NCBI RefSeq assembly: GCF_009914755.1
Contig: NC_060943.1
DNA: 64,000 bases
From: the human T2T-CHM13v2.0 reference genome, Homo sapiens
Strand: one strand, 5' to 3'
Numbering within the stretch: position 1 is the first letter of the stretch; each line of letters opens with the position of its first letter. The notes under the pieces are model-generated. The model had not been told where the DNA came from. It ran no database searches and saw only the letters and a list, made by a program, of their open reading frames with translations. Below, in pieces: positions 22,212 to 64,000 of the stretch. Position numbers and translations under genes: made by a program.

Positions 22212-23610
22212 TTACTGAAAATACAAAAATTGGCCAGGCAAGGTGGCCTACTCCTGTAATCCCAGCACTTTGGGAGGCCAAGGTAGGTGGATCACCTGAG
22301 GTTGGGAGTTCGAGACCAGCCCAACCAACATGGAGAAACCCCGTCTCTACTAAAAATACAAAAAATTAGCCTGGCGTGGTGGTGCATGCCTGTAATCCCA
22401 GCTATTCGAGAGGCTGAGGTAGGAGAGTCGCTTGAACCCGGGAAGCAGAGGTTGCGGTGAGCCTAGATCACGCCACTGAACACCAGCCTGGGCAACAAGA
22501 GCGAAACTCCTTCTCAAAAAAAGAAAAAGAAAAAAGAAAAAAAAGCACATCCCGCTAACCACAGAGATCTATCTTCGAAAGCCAAGTGGCTTCCTCCTTG
22601 TTTCTGTATGAATTGTTTTATGTGGTTCAAGACATTGACTCAGGCACAGCAAGTACAGCTGACCAGTAAGTTGAAGCTGATCTGAACAGTGTTCAGGGCT
22701 GAGACAGTGTCCTAATAATCAGGGGACAACACACACACGAAATATAATCCCAGGCCAGGTGCTGTGGCTCATGCCTATAATCCCAGTACTTTGGGAGGGT
22801 AAGGCGGGAAGATCACTTGAGCCCAGGAGTTCAAGACCAGCCTGGGCAACATAGAGAAACCCCATCTCTACAAAAGATGCAAAAAAGGCATGGTGGTGTG
22901 CGCCTATAGTCACAGCTCCTTGGGAGGCTGAGGTGGGAGGATCACTTGAGGCCAGGAATTCGAAGCTGCAGTGAGCTGAGATCATACCACTGGACTCTAG
23001 CCTGGGTGTCTCCAAAAAAAAAAAAAAAAAAAAATACAGAAAAGTACAATCCCAGAGGGCACACGTGGTGCCCCCTGGAGACAGAGAGTTTACAGTTTTT
23101 AGGGAACCCCAGGCAGGAGGTGCATTCATAAGAGGTTCAGGGGCCCCAGTGTGGTGTTCCAGCCTGGGCCTCCAGCCCTAAAGTTGCCAGACCAGTCCAA
23201 ACGGATCTGCTCAGTCCTTGCTGTCAGAGGGAATGCCCAAGGCAGTCAATTCCAGATGGGTTTTGCATGTCCATGACAACAGTGTCTCTGCCTGAGGAGT
23301 GTGGACAGCAACCCCAGCTGGGCGTTCTGGTGGAATATCCAGGAGCTGGGCCACCCCAGGTGGCAGGTGAGCAGGTGGAAGTATAGGGATCAAATGGAGG
23401 GTCACAGTCAATTTGAATTCAAATCAGTCCAGCAGCTTGGAAAGGCAAGACCGGGTGTTTCTTCTTATTTTTCTTTGGGAGGAGGGGAAAGTTCTCGGGA
23501 GTAGTTCTGAAAGGCAGAGGTCATTACTGCCCACCCCCAACTCTGCATCTCCCCAGATGCCAAGTTTGTGTTTGGGCTTTTTTTCAAACATTAATTAATT
23601 AACTAGTTAA

Positions 23611-23962
<352 letters not shown>

Positions 23963-24009
23963 TGATCCTAGCAATTTGGGAGGCTTAGGTGAGCGGTTGC
24001 CTGAGCTTA

Positions 24010-24246
<237 letters not shown>

Positions 24247-24429
24247 TTATTTAAATATAAATGGGGTCTCACTATGTTGCCCAGGCTGGACTTGAACTCC
24301 TGGGCTCAAGCGATCCTTCTGCCTCAGCCTTTTGAGTAGCTGGGATTACAAGCATGTGCTAATGTAACCGGCTCTGTTTTTGCCTTTTTGTTACAAAATC
24401 AGTATGTCTCATTCGGTCATTATAACTTT

Positions 24430-28458
<4,029 letters not shown>

Positions 28459-28752
28459 TAAATGTTTCATCCAGAAGGGTTGGATACAAAAGGGATGGAA
28501 GCATTTCACAGAAGAAACATTTTTATACAAGTTGACTAGAAACACACATCACATCCAGGAATTGGTCAGGATGAAATTCTAAATTTTCTTCTTTTTTTTT
28601 GTTTGTTACCAGCTTATATATCAAGAAAAGAAGCGGGGCACGATTGCTCATGCCTGTAATGCTAGCACTTTGGGAGGCCGAGGAGGCCGGATCACCTGAG
28701 GTTGGGAGTTTGAGACCAGCCTGGCCAACAGAGTGAAACCCCGACTCTACTA

Positions 28753-28962
<210 letters not shown>

Positions 28963-29263
28963 CTAAATTTTCAAAATGTTTTTCTATAACCTCTTTCCCG
29001 ATCATCATCCAATGAACTTCCTGCAAAAGCTCAATCCCTTTCTGGGGACCGCTGCATCAGTAATCAAACTGCCTTCCTAAGGTGTGTGTTGTAGCAGGAG
29101 AGAAGTGGGGAAGTAGAGTCAGGCTACAGGCCACAGTTGCAACCTACAACTAATCCAGAAAGTTGAGCACAAGGCAACAGAAATGAGGCGTCTCCCAAGT
29201 GTCCAACCTGTCAGAAGCAGCCAGAGGGGTCACAGTCCCTGAGAGGTGCCCTCCTTGAACTTA

Positions 29264-29593
<330 letters not shown>

Positions 29594-29686
29594 TTAAAAA
29601 AAATAAAAGAAAATAAAAAGAAAGAAATATAGAGCCAAGAAGCCAGTTGATTGTAGATGGTTTCCTCAAAGAAGAAGCCCTTTCCT

Positions 29687-30003
<317 letters not shown>

Positions 30004-30506
30004 TTATGTGATCCAGATGGTCCAGTCAGCATCCATGATGTTTTCAGTTTAGGTCCCACGGAGGGTGCCCTAAGTCTGCAATGGTCTCATAGTCGAAGTG
30101 CTGTTCCTGGAGTGTGCGCCCGTTTTTAATTTAGCACAGCACATGCTGAGACTGAAACAGCACAGAGCAGACAGCAGTATCAGGTTTTGGCTTACAGTCA
30201 GGTCCAGGCCAGTAGGATCTGTGAATTCAGGAAGCCACAAGTCAGTGGCTGTTCTTTGGCAGCAGCAAAGCCAAGATGCTGCAGGCTAGAAGGTTCTGTT
30301 TCAAGTGCAAGTGACAAACAAGGCTTTCCTAAGCCTTTTTACCTCGTCAATCTTAGAGCTGGAATTGGTGCACTCAAAAACACGCACGGGCTGGATGCAG
30401 TGGCTTGTGCCTGTAATCCCAGCACTGTGGGAGGCTGAGGCGAGAGGATTGCTTGAGCACAGGAGTTCAAGACCAGCCCAGGCAACATAGTGAAACTGTG
30501 TCTCTA

Positions 30507-32589
<2,083 letters not shown>

Positions 32590-34147
32590 TTAGCTGGGTG
32601 TGGTGGCACACGCACCTGTAATTCCAGCTACTCAAGAAGCTGAGGTGGGAGGATTGCTTGAGTCTAGGAGGTCAAGGATGCAGTGAGATGAGATTGCACT
32701 GTTGTACTCTAGCCTGGGCAACAGAGTGAGAACGTCTCAAAAAAAAAAGCATATTAAATAAACGAAACTTTTTCAGACATACAAAAAAATATGCACACCA
32801 GGCTGCCTCATCAGCTGCCTTTAAGGGTCCAGCATTTGATTTTAACAAGGGCTTATTAGCAAACTAGAAAGTGTTTTTTAAAACTCTAAAAGTAGCTGGG
32901 TGTGGTGGCATGTGCCTGTAGTCCTAGCTACTCAGGAGGCTGAAGCAGGAGGATCATTTGAGCCCAGGAGGTCGAGGCTGCAGTGAGCCATGATCGCGCC
33001 ACTGCACTCCAGCCTGGGTGAGAGTGTGAGATCCTGCCTCAACAAATAATTTTTTTGCTTTAAAGTGAAACTCCAAAAGTTTATTTCCATCCAGAGATTG
33101 CGTCGCTCTTTTTACTGCTTCTTCCTTTCTCCAAAGGCTCCAGTAAGCCAAAATCATGGCAGAAATCATCGTTTACAGACACTGTACTTGTTCTGTTTCC
33201 AATACTCAGAGAATTTAAATTCCAATCCTCCCATTGTTGGCAAAAAGCAAGGGATTTGTTTTATACACACACAATGATTTTTGCAGCTTTCCCTAATCCA
33301 GATGATCCTCATAGTGTATAGTGCAAGCATAAACATTTTACATTGATTTTAAAAAATCATACGTTTAGGCCAGGTGTAGTAGCTCACGCCTGTAATCCCA
33401 GCACTTTGGGAGGCCGAGGAGGGTGGATCACCTGAGGTCAGGAGTTTGAGACCAGCACAGCCAACATAGTGAAACCCTGTCTCAACTAAAAATACAAAAA
33501 ATTAGCTGGGCATGGTGGCACGTGCCTGTAATGCCACTTACTTGGGAGGCTGAGAATCACTTGAACCTGGGAGGTGGAGGTTACTGCACTCCAGCCTGGG
33601 CAACAGCGAGACTGTCTCAAAAAAAAAAAAAATCATACATCTAGATGAAACAGTCACAAAATACAAAGGAGCTTTTCAAATTTCTCCCTTTTTTTTTCTC
33701 ATTGCAAACCTACTCAAATGTCTATCAATAAATTCAACACTTAATAGTTGGAATAGAAGGCAGGGTTGCTGCAACCTGTGGGCTGAAGAAATGGGTAGAA
33801 TCTACAGTCAGCCTTTGGTATCCATGGGATTGGTTCCAGAAACTCCCATGGATCCCAAAATCCACAGATACTCAAGTCCTTATATAAAATGCAGTGATAT
33901 TTGCATATAACCTCCACACATCCTCCCATATACTTTATTAATTATTATTTTTTCGTGATGGAGTTTCACTCTTGATGCTCAGGCTGGAGTGCGATGGTGC
34001 GATCTCGCTCGCTGCAACCTCCACCTCCCGGGTTCAAGCAATCCTCCTGCCTCAGCCTCCCAAGTAACTGGGCTTACAGGTGCCCGCCACCATGCCCAGC
34101 TAATTTTTTGTATTTTTAGTAGAGATGGGGTTTCACCATGTTGGCCA

Positions 34148-37984
<3,837 letters not shown>

Positions 37985-38509
37985 TATAATATTTCCACAT
38001 CACTTCATTCTCACGGATTCAACATGGTACTTGGCATGGGGCAAATTCAAGTTTTTACTTTTTGAAACTTTGTGGAAGTTTTTTTCCCCAAATATTTTCT
38101 ATTCTTTTTTTTTTTTTTTTTTTTTTTTTTTGAGACAGGGTCTCACTCTGTCTCCTAGGCTGGAGTGTTGTGGTCTCAATATCGGGGGCTCCAGTGATCC
38201 TCCCACCTCAGCCTGTCAAGTAGCTGAGACTACAGGCACACGCTCCCCCACCACACCCAGCTAATTTTTTAAATTTTTTTGTAGAGATGGGTCTCACTAT
38301 GTTGCCTAGGCTGGTCTTGAACTCCTGGGCTCAAGCAATTCTCCTGCCTAGGCTTCCTACAGTGTTGGGATTATAGGCGTGAGCCACCACATCCAGTCTT
38401 TCCCGAATATTGTCTTTTGTTTGAGACAGAGTTTTGCTCTGTCACCCAGGCTGGAGTGCAGTGGTGTGATCTTGGCTCACTGCAACCTCCGCCTCCCAGG
38501 TTCAGGTGA

Positions 38510-38999
<490 letters not shown>

Positions 39000-39392
39000 T
39001 GATCCATCTGCCTCAGCCTCCCAAAGTGCTGAGATTACAGGTGTGAGCCACCATGCCCAGCAATTTTTGTATTTTTAGTAGAGACGGGGTTTCACCATGT
39101 TGGCTAGCCTGGTCTCGAACTGACCTCAAGTGATCCACCTGCCGCGGTCCCCCAGAGTACTGGGATTACAGGCGTGAGGCACCAGGCCCAGCCTCCCGAA
39201 TATTTCCAATCTACAGTTGGTTGAATCCACAGATGCAGAAGCTAGCCACATGGAGGGCCAACTGTGTATGTTTATCTTATTCTTTTTTTCCCATCTGGCT
39301 TATCGAAAGCTTTGAGCTGGCCGGCAATAGATTTAATTTCTTTTACTCCCAGTTGGAGGAAAGAGCACCTATAAACTGTTTACTGTCTTTGA

Positions 39393-39791
<399 letters not shown>

Positions 39792-39979
39792 TGAACTCCT
39801 GACCTCAAGTGATCCGCCCACCTCGGCCTCCCAAAGTGCTGGGATTATAGGTGTGAGCCACTGCGCCCGGCCTCAGCTAGTGTTTGCTTTCGTACAGTTT
39901 TCCCTCCTCAACTGGGACTACTTATGATTCTCAACCAAGGCAGTAACTCTGCATTTCTATTAAAAAGATCTGAAGTGGT

Positions 39980-48185
<8,206 letters not shown>

Positions 48186-48460
48186 GGTCCCCCCGCCAGG
48201 CCCGGCTGTGGCTGCGGGAGAGGAAGGGTCAAGGCGTCAGGGACCAGCAGCCTCCGCGGCGCGCAGCCTCTGCCTGCCCTGATTCTGCCAGCCGCACCCC
48301 CGTCTTCACCATCCCTGGGCCCCGTCCCCAAGTCCCCATCCCCCAGCCCGTCCTTGATAGCCCCGATATCCCGGAGACCCCGCGGTCTGTGTGTATGCCC
48401 CGAATTGCATGCAATCAGCCCCCCTCGGCGGCCGCACCGACACCGCACCCCAAGTCCTAC

Positions 48461-48510
48461 CCCGGGGCCTGGCGGCGCTCCTCGCCGGGATGCCCTAGCT
48501 GTGCCGCAAG
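48461..48510 (-). other. FBXO27: Probable non-coding exon 1 of FBXO27 (5' end approximate)
   Basis: Donor CCGGG|gtagga at 48460 lies inside the CpG island. The ATG exon has a clear acceptor 26 nt upstream of the ATG, so an upstream exon is required. The TSS cannot be fixed from sequence. Confidence 0.6.
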
Positions 48511-49001
48511 CTCCCCACGCCCCTCTGCGTCCTTTTTACTCGCCGGCCCCTCCCCTCTTACTAGCCAGCTTCACCCACCCCTGCATCCTCTTTCTTACTC
48601 GCCAGCCCCTCCCGCCTGCTCCCTCCCGCTCTCCAAACCCAACCTGCTTCCCGCGACGGGGCCAGGTGCAGCCAGGAGCCAAGGCCTGCTGCTCACAGCC
48701 GTCCCCTCCAGCCGGCCCCTTGAAGTGTCCCTAATTCGTTAGTAGCAATGAGACGTCTGGCTCTGAGCAACCATTGTTATTTTGGTCAGGCTTCTGAGTG
48801 GGAGGCCTCGTATCCGTTAACGTGTTAAAAAATTTCCATCACCTTTAAGGTCGGGCGTGGTTATCTTCATTTCACAGGAGAAAACAGGCTCCGGCTGCTA
48901 AAAATTAATGCAACCAATAGTAACACCAGCCAACTTTTATGGACGGTTTTACTGCCAGCCAGGGTGGCAACCCCATGAAGTAGGTGCTGTTATGCCCTTT
49001 A

Positions 49002-50214
<1,213 letters not shown>

Positions 50215-50633
50215 TAACGTGAGCTGTATACATAGTTTAAGACATCAACAAACAAAACCAGACATGGATTCTTCCCCACAAAGAACTTACCTTCTAGAGG
50301 GAGAGACATGATAAACAGTTGGCATAATGAGCAAATTACGTAGTATCAGGGAAATAATTAAATATAAAACCTCCAGGCCGGGCATGATGGCTCACGCCTG
50401 TAATCCCAGAACTTTGGGAGGCTGAGGCAGGCGGATCACTTGAGGTCAGGAGTGTGAGACCAGCCTGGCCAAAATGGCGAAACTCCGTCTCTACTGAAAA
50501 TACAAAAATTAGCCGGGCATGGTGGCGCATGCCTGTGATCCCAGCTACTCGGGAAGCTGAGGCATGAGAATCACTTCAACAAGGGAGGCAGAGGTTGCAG
50601 TGAGCTGAGACCTCACCACTGCACTCCAGCCTA

Positions 50634-51102
<469 letters not shown>

Positions 51103-52153
51103 CTAGCCTGTAATGTGCTTCTGTCATGATGAACAGTAAACATAATAAGTGTGTGTGTGTTAAAAAGTGATTAGTGCTGTGAAAAATTAGAGCAGAGAAG
51201 GGAAATGGGGCATAACGAGGCTGGGTTGGGTGGATAGGAGAGGGAGACCCTGAATTAGGAGAGATGGATGAACTATTATGCTGGTCTAATTTCTTCTCAA
51301 TATGTATATTTTCATTTTTAAAATTTTGTTTCAACTGGACACGGTGGCTCACACCTGTATCCCAACACTTTGGGAGGCCGAGGCAGGTGGATCACCTGAG
51401 GTCAAGTGTTTGAGACCAGCTTCACCAACATGGTAAAACTCCGTCCCTACTAAAAATACAAAAACCTAGGTGCAGTGGCTTATGCCTGTAATCCCAGCAC
51501 TGTGGGAGGCCGAGGTGGCAGATCACGAGGCCAGGAGTTCGAGACCAGCCTGGCCAATATGGTGAAACCCCAACTCTACTAAAAATACCAAAAAAAAAAA
51601 AAAAAAAAATTAGGTGGGCATGGTGGTGCGCACTTGTAGTCCCAGCTACTCAGGAGGCTAAGGCAGAAGAATCACTTGAACCCAGGAGGCACAGGTTGCA
51701 GTGAGCTGAGATCCCACCATTGCACTCCAGCCTGGGCGACAAGAGTGAAAATTTGTCTAAAAAAAACTGTTTATATATATATATTTGAGACCAGGTCTCA
51801 CTCTGTCGTAGCTCACTTTAGCCTCAAACTCCTGGAGTCAAGCCATCCTCCTGCCTTAGCCTCTGGGGTAGCTGGGACTAAAGGAGAGACAAGGTCTTGC
51901 TGTTGCCCAGGGTGGTCTCAAACTCCTGAGCTCAAGTGGTCCTCTCGCCTCCACCTCCCCAAGTGCTGGGATTATAGGCATGAGCAACTGTGCCCACTAA
52001 AACTAATATATTAGTTTTAATGTAATATATAAGCAGTGGGAATCTTGTTGATAATGAGATATGATGACTCAAGTATTTGACTTTTTTAAAAACTTTTTTC
52101 ACTTTGTCATCCAGGCTGGAATGCAATGGCTTGATCTCAAACTCCTGACCTCA

Positions 52154-52384
<231 letters not shown>

Positions 52385-53759
52385 TTAAAATAAAAAAATT
52401 AGCTGGGTGTGGTGGCACACACCTATAGTCCCAGCTACTCAGGAGGCTGAGGCAGGAGAATCGCTCAAACCTGGGAAGCGGAGGTTGGAGTAAGTTGAGA
52501 TTGAGCCACTGCACTGTAACCTGGGTGACAGAGCAAGACTCCATCTCAAAAAAAAAAAAAAAAAAAAAAAAATTCCAAGTAGGTCAAAAGGGCAGATACT
52601 GAAAAGTCAGTGTCCTTTTCCAGTCCCTGGTTCTCCTCCCAAGGGCAAGACTCTTGGTGTCCACCCCAAAGACACCACACCCAGACAGGATTCACCCATC
52701 TCTCTGAGGGCTGCTACCTGAGAGACTTTATCTGCAAATAAGATGACCTTTGTTCTTAGTGCAGTTCTGCCCTTCACCCTACCTTAGCTTGTCACCACCA
52801 TGGTCCAGAAGCCTCCTAGCCCCTATCTATTTCTGTATCTCAAAATGCTATTTAAGCTTCAACCATCTGGACCTTCTTTGAATCTCATACTTTGTGGGGT
52901 TTCTCTGTGTGTGCACATAATGGATTTGTGTGCCTTTTCTCTAGTTCATTTGTCTACTGTCAAGTTTATTTCAGAGACTCAAATTATCAAGCCTTCAGAG
53001 ACGGTGGATGGAAAGTTTCACTTGTCCCTTCACTTGTTAAAAATTTTATAAAGTTCTTTTGAGATGAAGTCTCACTCTGTCACCCAGTTTGGAGTGCAGT
53101 GGTGTGATCCTGGCTCACTGCAGACTTGACCTCCCAGGCTCAAGCCATCCTCCCACCTCAGCCTCTCAAAGTGCTGGGATTGCAGGCATGAGTCAGGTCA
53201 CTGCAGCTGTGACCTCCCAGCCTCAAGTGATCCTCCCATCTCAGCCTCTCGAATACATGGGATTATAGGCACAGCTATAGTCCCACCATGTCTGGGTAAT
53301 TTTAAAATTTTTTTTGCAGAGATGGGGTCTTGCTACAATGTCCATCCAGTCTCATCTCAAACTCTTGGCCTCAAGTGATCCTCCTGCCTTGGTCTCCCAA
53401 AGTGCTGGGATTACAGGTGTGAGCCATCACACTGGCCTTGTCCCTATACTTTATAGCCAGAAAAGGGCTGAGGAAAGCAGAAACAGAGAACAAAAAAACG
53501 GATTGGCACTTTCAAAATTACCTTCCTTGTAATGGATAAAGCAGAGTTGTTCTTCAGTTCAGCAAACCAGGAAATCTCTTAATTCAGGAGGGCCAGCTGT
53601 GGGTTTTATGGAGCTGTTGCTTCAGAGACTCCACACAGAGGGGGAAATGTTCTAGAGATATACCAAACCCCCTGGGGATTCCAAATCATCAGGCCCACAT
53701 TTGTAACAAACTCCCAGAAGATGCCAAAGCCTATGCTCCCAGGACGAAGCATTGAGTAG

Positions 53760-53972
<213 letters not shown>

Positions 53973-54344
53973 TAAATTTCTCTCCTTTTATTTCCCCTTT
54001 ACCTTATAGTTAGGGCATTTTGGAGCTAGGTTTTATTATCTAAGTGTTTCATTTCAAGGTAAGAAATTATTTGCTATACATCGGGAGCACTGGCTCTGAT
54101 GAGGTTGAGCAACACTGATGCAAAGCAAACGTGAGTGGGGGCTGCAGTCTTCTCTCTCTGCTAGGGGTGTGGGTGGGAAGCTGGGGAAAGTCCTGCTGGT
54201 CCAGTTTGCAGAAGTAGAAATGTCATGGACCTCCGGGAACAGAGAAGTGGGCTGCACGACTAATTCCAAGGGTGTTAGAGGTTCCACCAATGCGGCTTTC
54301 TGGACTACAGCTCTCCCTGGAGGCCATTGTTAACAGGATTAGAG

Positions 54345-55404
<1,060 letters not shown>

Positions 55405-55709
55405 GGCCGGGCGTAGTGGCTCATGCCTTATTCCCAGCACTTTGGGAGGCTGAAGGGGAGGTGGATCATTTGAGGTCAGGAGTTTGAGACCAGCCTGGCC
55501 AACATGGCGAAACCCCATCTCTACTAAACATACAAAAATTAGCCAGGCATGGTGGTGCACACCTGTAGTCCCAGCTACTCAGGAGGCTGAGACAGGAGAA
55601 TCGCTTGAACCCAGGAGATGGAGGTTACAGTAAGCCGAGATGGCGTCACACTGCACTCCAGCCTGGTTGACAGAGCAAGACTCCATCTCAAAAAAAAAAA
55701 AGAAAAAGA

Positions 55710-60590
<4,881 letters not shown>

Positions 60591-61243
60591 GGCCAGGCAC
60601 AGAGGCTCACATCTGTAATGCCAGCACTTTGGGAGGCTGAGGAGGGAAGATTGCTTGAGGCCAGGAGTTTGAGACCAGCCTGAGCAAAATAGCAAGACCC
60701 CCTGTCTACAAAAAAATATAAAAATCAGCCAGGCATGGTGGCATGTGCCTGTAGTCTCAGCTAGAGGCGAGAGGATTGCTTGAGCCCAGAAGGTTGAGGC
60801 TGCTGTGAGCCAAGATCATGCTACTGCACTCCTGCCTGGGCAAAAGAGCAAGACTCTGTCTCAAAACACAAAACAAAAAGCACATAAAACAATGCTATAC
60901 AGTGTAATAATTTTGGAACAACAATATGTAGAAAAAGGAGAAAATAACCCAATGTATATCATTTATGGGAGAGGAGAGTCTTCCCAGCAAGGCTGAGCTG
61001 ACCTTTGAAGCAAGAACAGATGAGGCAGAAGGAAATAAGGACTTTTGAAGTCATTAGTTCTGCCCATCAAATATTTCCAGCTGGCAGCAGGATGCGGTGG
61101 TGTGTGCCTGTAATTCCAGGTACTTGGGAGGCTGAGGCAAGGGGATCACTTGAGCCTGTGAGTTCGAGACCAGCCTCAGTAACATAGCAAGACCCCATTA
61201 AAAAAAAAAAAAAAGGAAAAAAGAAATCAGAAGTAGAAAGTCA

Positions 61244-61549
<306 letters not shown>

Positions 61550-61689
61550 TTAAACGTGGGCTGTCACCTTTATTCCCATAGCCAGGCAATGATTTCCTGA
61601 CATGGCCCGTAACTGTCCTCACGTGGCAGCCCCACACAGAAGCTAGTTAAAATGAAACCATGGCCCTGCGAGGAAGTGCCATCCTCCCT

Positions 61690-62790
61690 CACATTCCACA
61701 AGCATTTGCTGAGCACCAGCTTTTTGCCAGGCTTTGGGTTAGGCACTGGGGACACAACAGTGAAAGAGAGGGGTAAAATGTCTGCTATCCAGGAACTGAT
61801 GTTCTATAGCATAAAACAGGCAGTAAGGAAGGATGTAAATAAGTAGAACCTACAAGGGTGGTAAGTGCTATGGAGGCAGAAAGCAAACTAAGCCAGGGAG
61901 GTGGTAGGAAGAGGGGGAGGGAGTTGTAAGTTTCAGGCAGGGCACCCAGGGAAGGCCTCTCTGAGAAGCTGACGTTTGAGCTGAGATCTGGCGGGGATAA
62001 AGGATTAAGCCAGACTGAGGTAGGAGACCAGCAGGACTTGTTTTCTGGTCACAATCTTGCTGACCAAAACAGGATCTGGTCCAGATGGGATGAAGTAAAG
62101 AAACTGGCAGGAACCAGCCGACCCCTAGGCAGCAATCCCTAGCTGCTCTCATTGTCTATTAGCATAAGACACTCCCACCAGAGCATGACAGTTTACAAAT
62201 GCCATGGCAACGACCTGGAAGTTACCGCCCCTTTTCTACCAGGAAGTTATCTCCCATTTCACACAGTTCTAAATGACCCACCCTCTCAATTTGCATTAAC
62301 CCACCCCCTAATTTGCATGTAACTGAAAGTGGGTAGAAGTGAGTGTAAATAGTTGCCAACAGCTCATATGTTGTCTACTCTGGGTGCACTGCCTATGAGC
62401 CGGTTCTGTTCTGCAAGGAGCAGCACTGTTCTATGAAAGATTGTTGTCAAACACCACGGGCTCATCCTTGAATTCCTTCCTGGGTGAAGACAAGAACCCT
62501 CCCAGGCTAAGCCCCAATTTTGATGCTTTCCTGTCCAGCATCAAGATCACTATCTGGGGAAGGAGTGCTCTTAGAATAGAGAACAGCAAGTGCAAAGCCC
62601 ATGAGGCAGGAGCAAGGGACAAGAAGGCCATGGGGCTAGAGCCAAGGGGAGATTGGTAGGAAATGCACTTTGAGAGGTGATGGGGGCAGACTGTGGGGGC
62701 TTTGTGGTCTGTGGTAGGAACTTACTTTTCCTCTGAGTGAGATGCAGCCATGGGAGGGTTTGAAGTAGGGATGTTATCTGATTCAGGCAT
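61690..62790 (-). mobile_element. L2 LINE 3' relic
   Basis: cacaagcatttgctgagcacc...gggaaggcctctctgagaag...gaacagcaagtgcaaagccc...gcagccatgggagggttt. Confidence 0.65.
62016..62543 (+). mobile_element. Solo MER66-like ERV1 LTR inserted in an L2 relic
   Basis: TG...CA termini, TSD agac/agat; shares internal blocks with the copies at 26433 and 54345. Confidence 0.75.
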
Positions 62791-62890
62791 TGTGATATTG
62801 TGATTTACAATAAGATATATGTACAATTGGCTGGGCGTGGTGGCTCGGTGGGAGGCCGAGGCAGAAGGATCGCTTGAGGTCAGGAGTTCA

Positions 62891-63511
<621 letters not shown>

Positions 63512-63559
63512 CTAGGATTACAGCAGTGAGCCACAGCACCTGGCCTGAAATTTTTTTAA

Positions 63560-63691
<132 letters not shown>

Positions 63692-64000
63692 TGAGTGTCA
63701 GAACTGAACTGAATGAGAAAACACCCAAGTGGTGTCTGCTGTCAAATTGCTTGGTGTGGGACAGAAAACCCCCCTATACACCCAGAGTCCCTGAAGTATT
63801 CTGTGTTGTGAGAATACAGCAGGAGAAACTGGATTTGTTTTTCTTGTGTGGGGGGACAGGAGGAAGTAAGGAACAGAGAAAGAAGGATGCTGCTCAGAGA
63901 CAGGTGAGACAGGAGGGTGGACCAGCCCAGGACCGGGGCATAGGAGCCAGGAGAAGTGGCTAATTCTGGATAGATTTGAGGGTGCCCACAGGATTTGCTG

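Noticed and set aside
23250-23375. Exon-like segment ending GHPRWQ|gtgagc, checked as another FBA exon 5 relic
   Set aside because: Lacks the WG..D..C start, and no neighbouring FBA exons were found.

Overview
Primate, almost certainly human, genomic DNA. It is extremely Alu-dense (roughly 110-120 Alu copies or fragments by eye count) and also holds L1, L2, MIR, MaLR, ERV1 and DNA-transposon relics. The only intact protein-coding gene is FBXO27, a lectin-type F-box protein on the minus strand. I reconstructed five coding exons from GT-AG boundaries: 48185-47822, 47278-47167, 47082-46987, 42963-42828 and 41512-41369, totalling 852 nt = 283 aa + TAG. The gene has a CpG-island promoter and an AATAAA at 40002-39997. 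From recall of the human gene order this is the 19q13.2 FBXO17-FBXO27 region. The main hidden structure is a decayed, intron-containing second FBA-domain gene on the PLUS strand at about 7163-8795. Four exon relics match FBXO27 exons 3-6 in order and acceptor phase, carry frameshifts and deletions, and have several FBXO17-type residues (FGKGIR-VCFEQY, SW). The ORF track does not reveal it as a gene. Other structures are a MER2 > Tigger2 > Alu nested transposon stack (33805-39264), a decayed ERV1 provirus with an env CX6CC relic (about 55710-60590), three related MER66-like LTRs with RFX/octamer motifs, and a 39-bp minisatellite abutting the FBXO27 exon 2 donor. Nearly all other ORFs in the track are Alu or microsatellite artefacts. 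Repeat subfamily names come from recalled consensus sequences and need RepeatMasker/Dfam confirmation.
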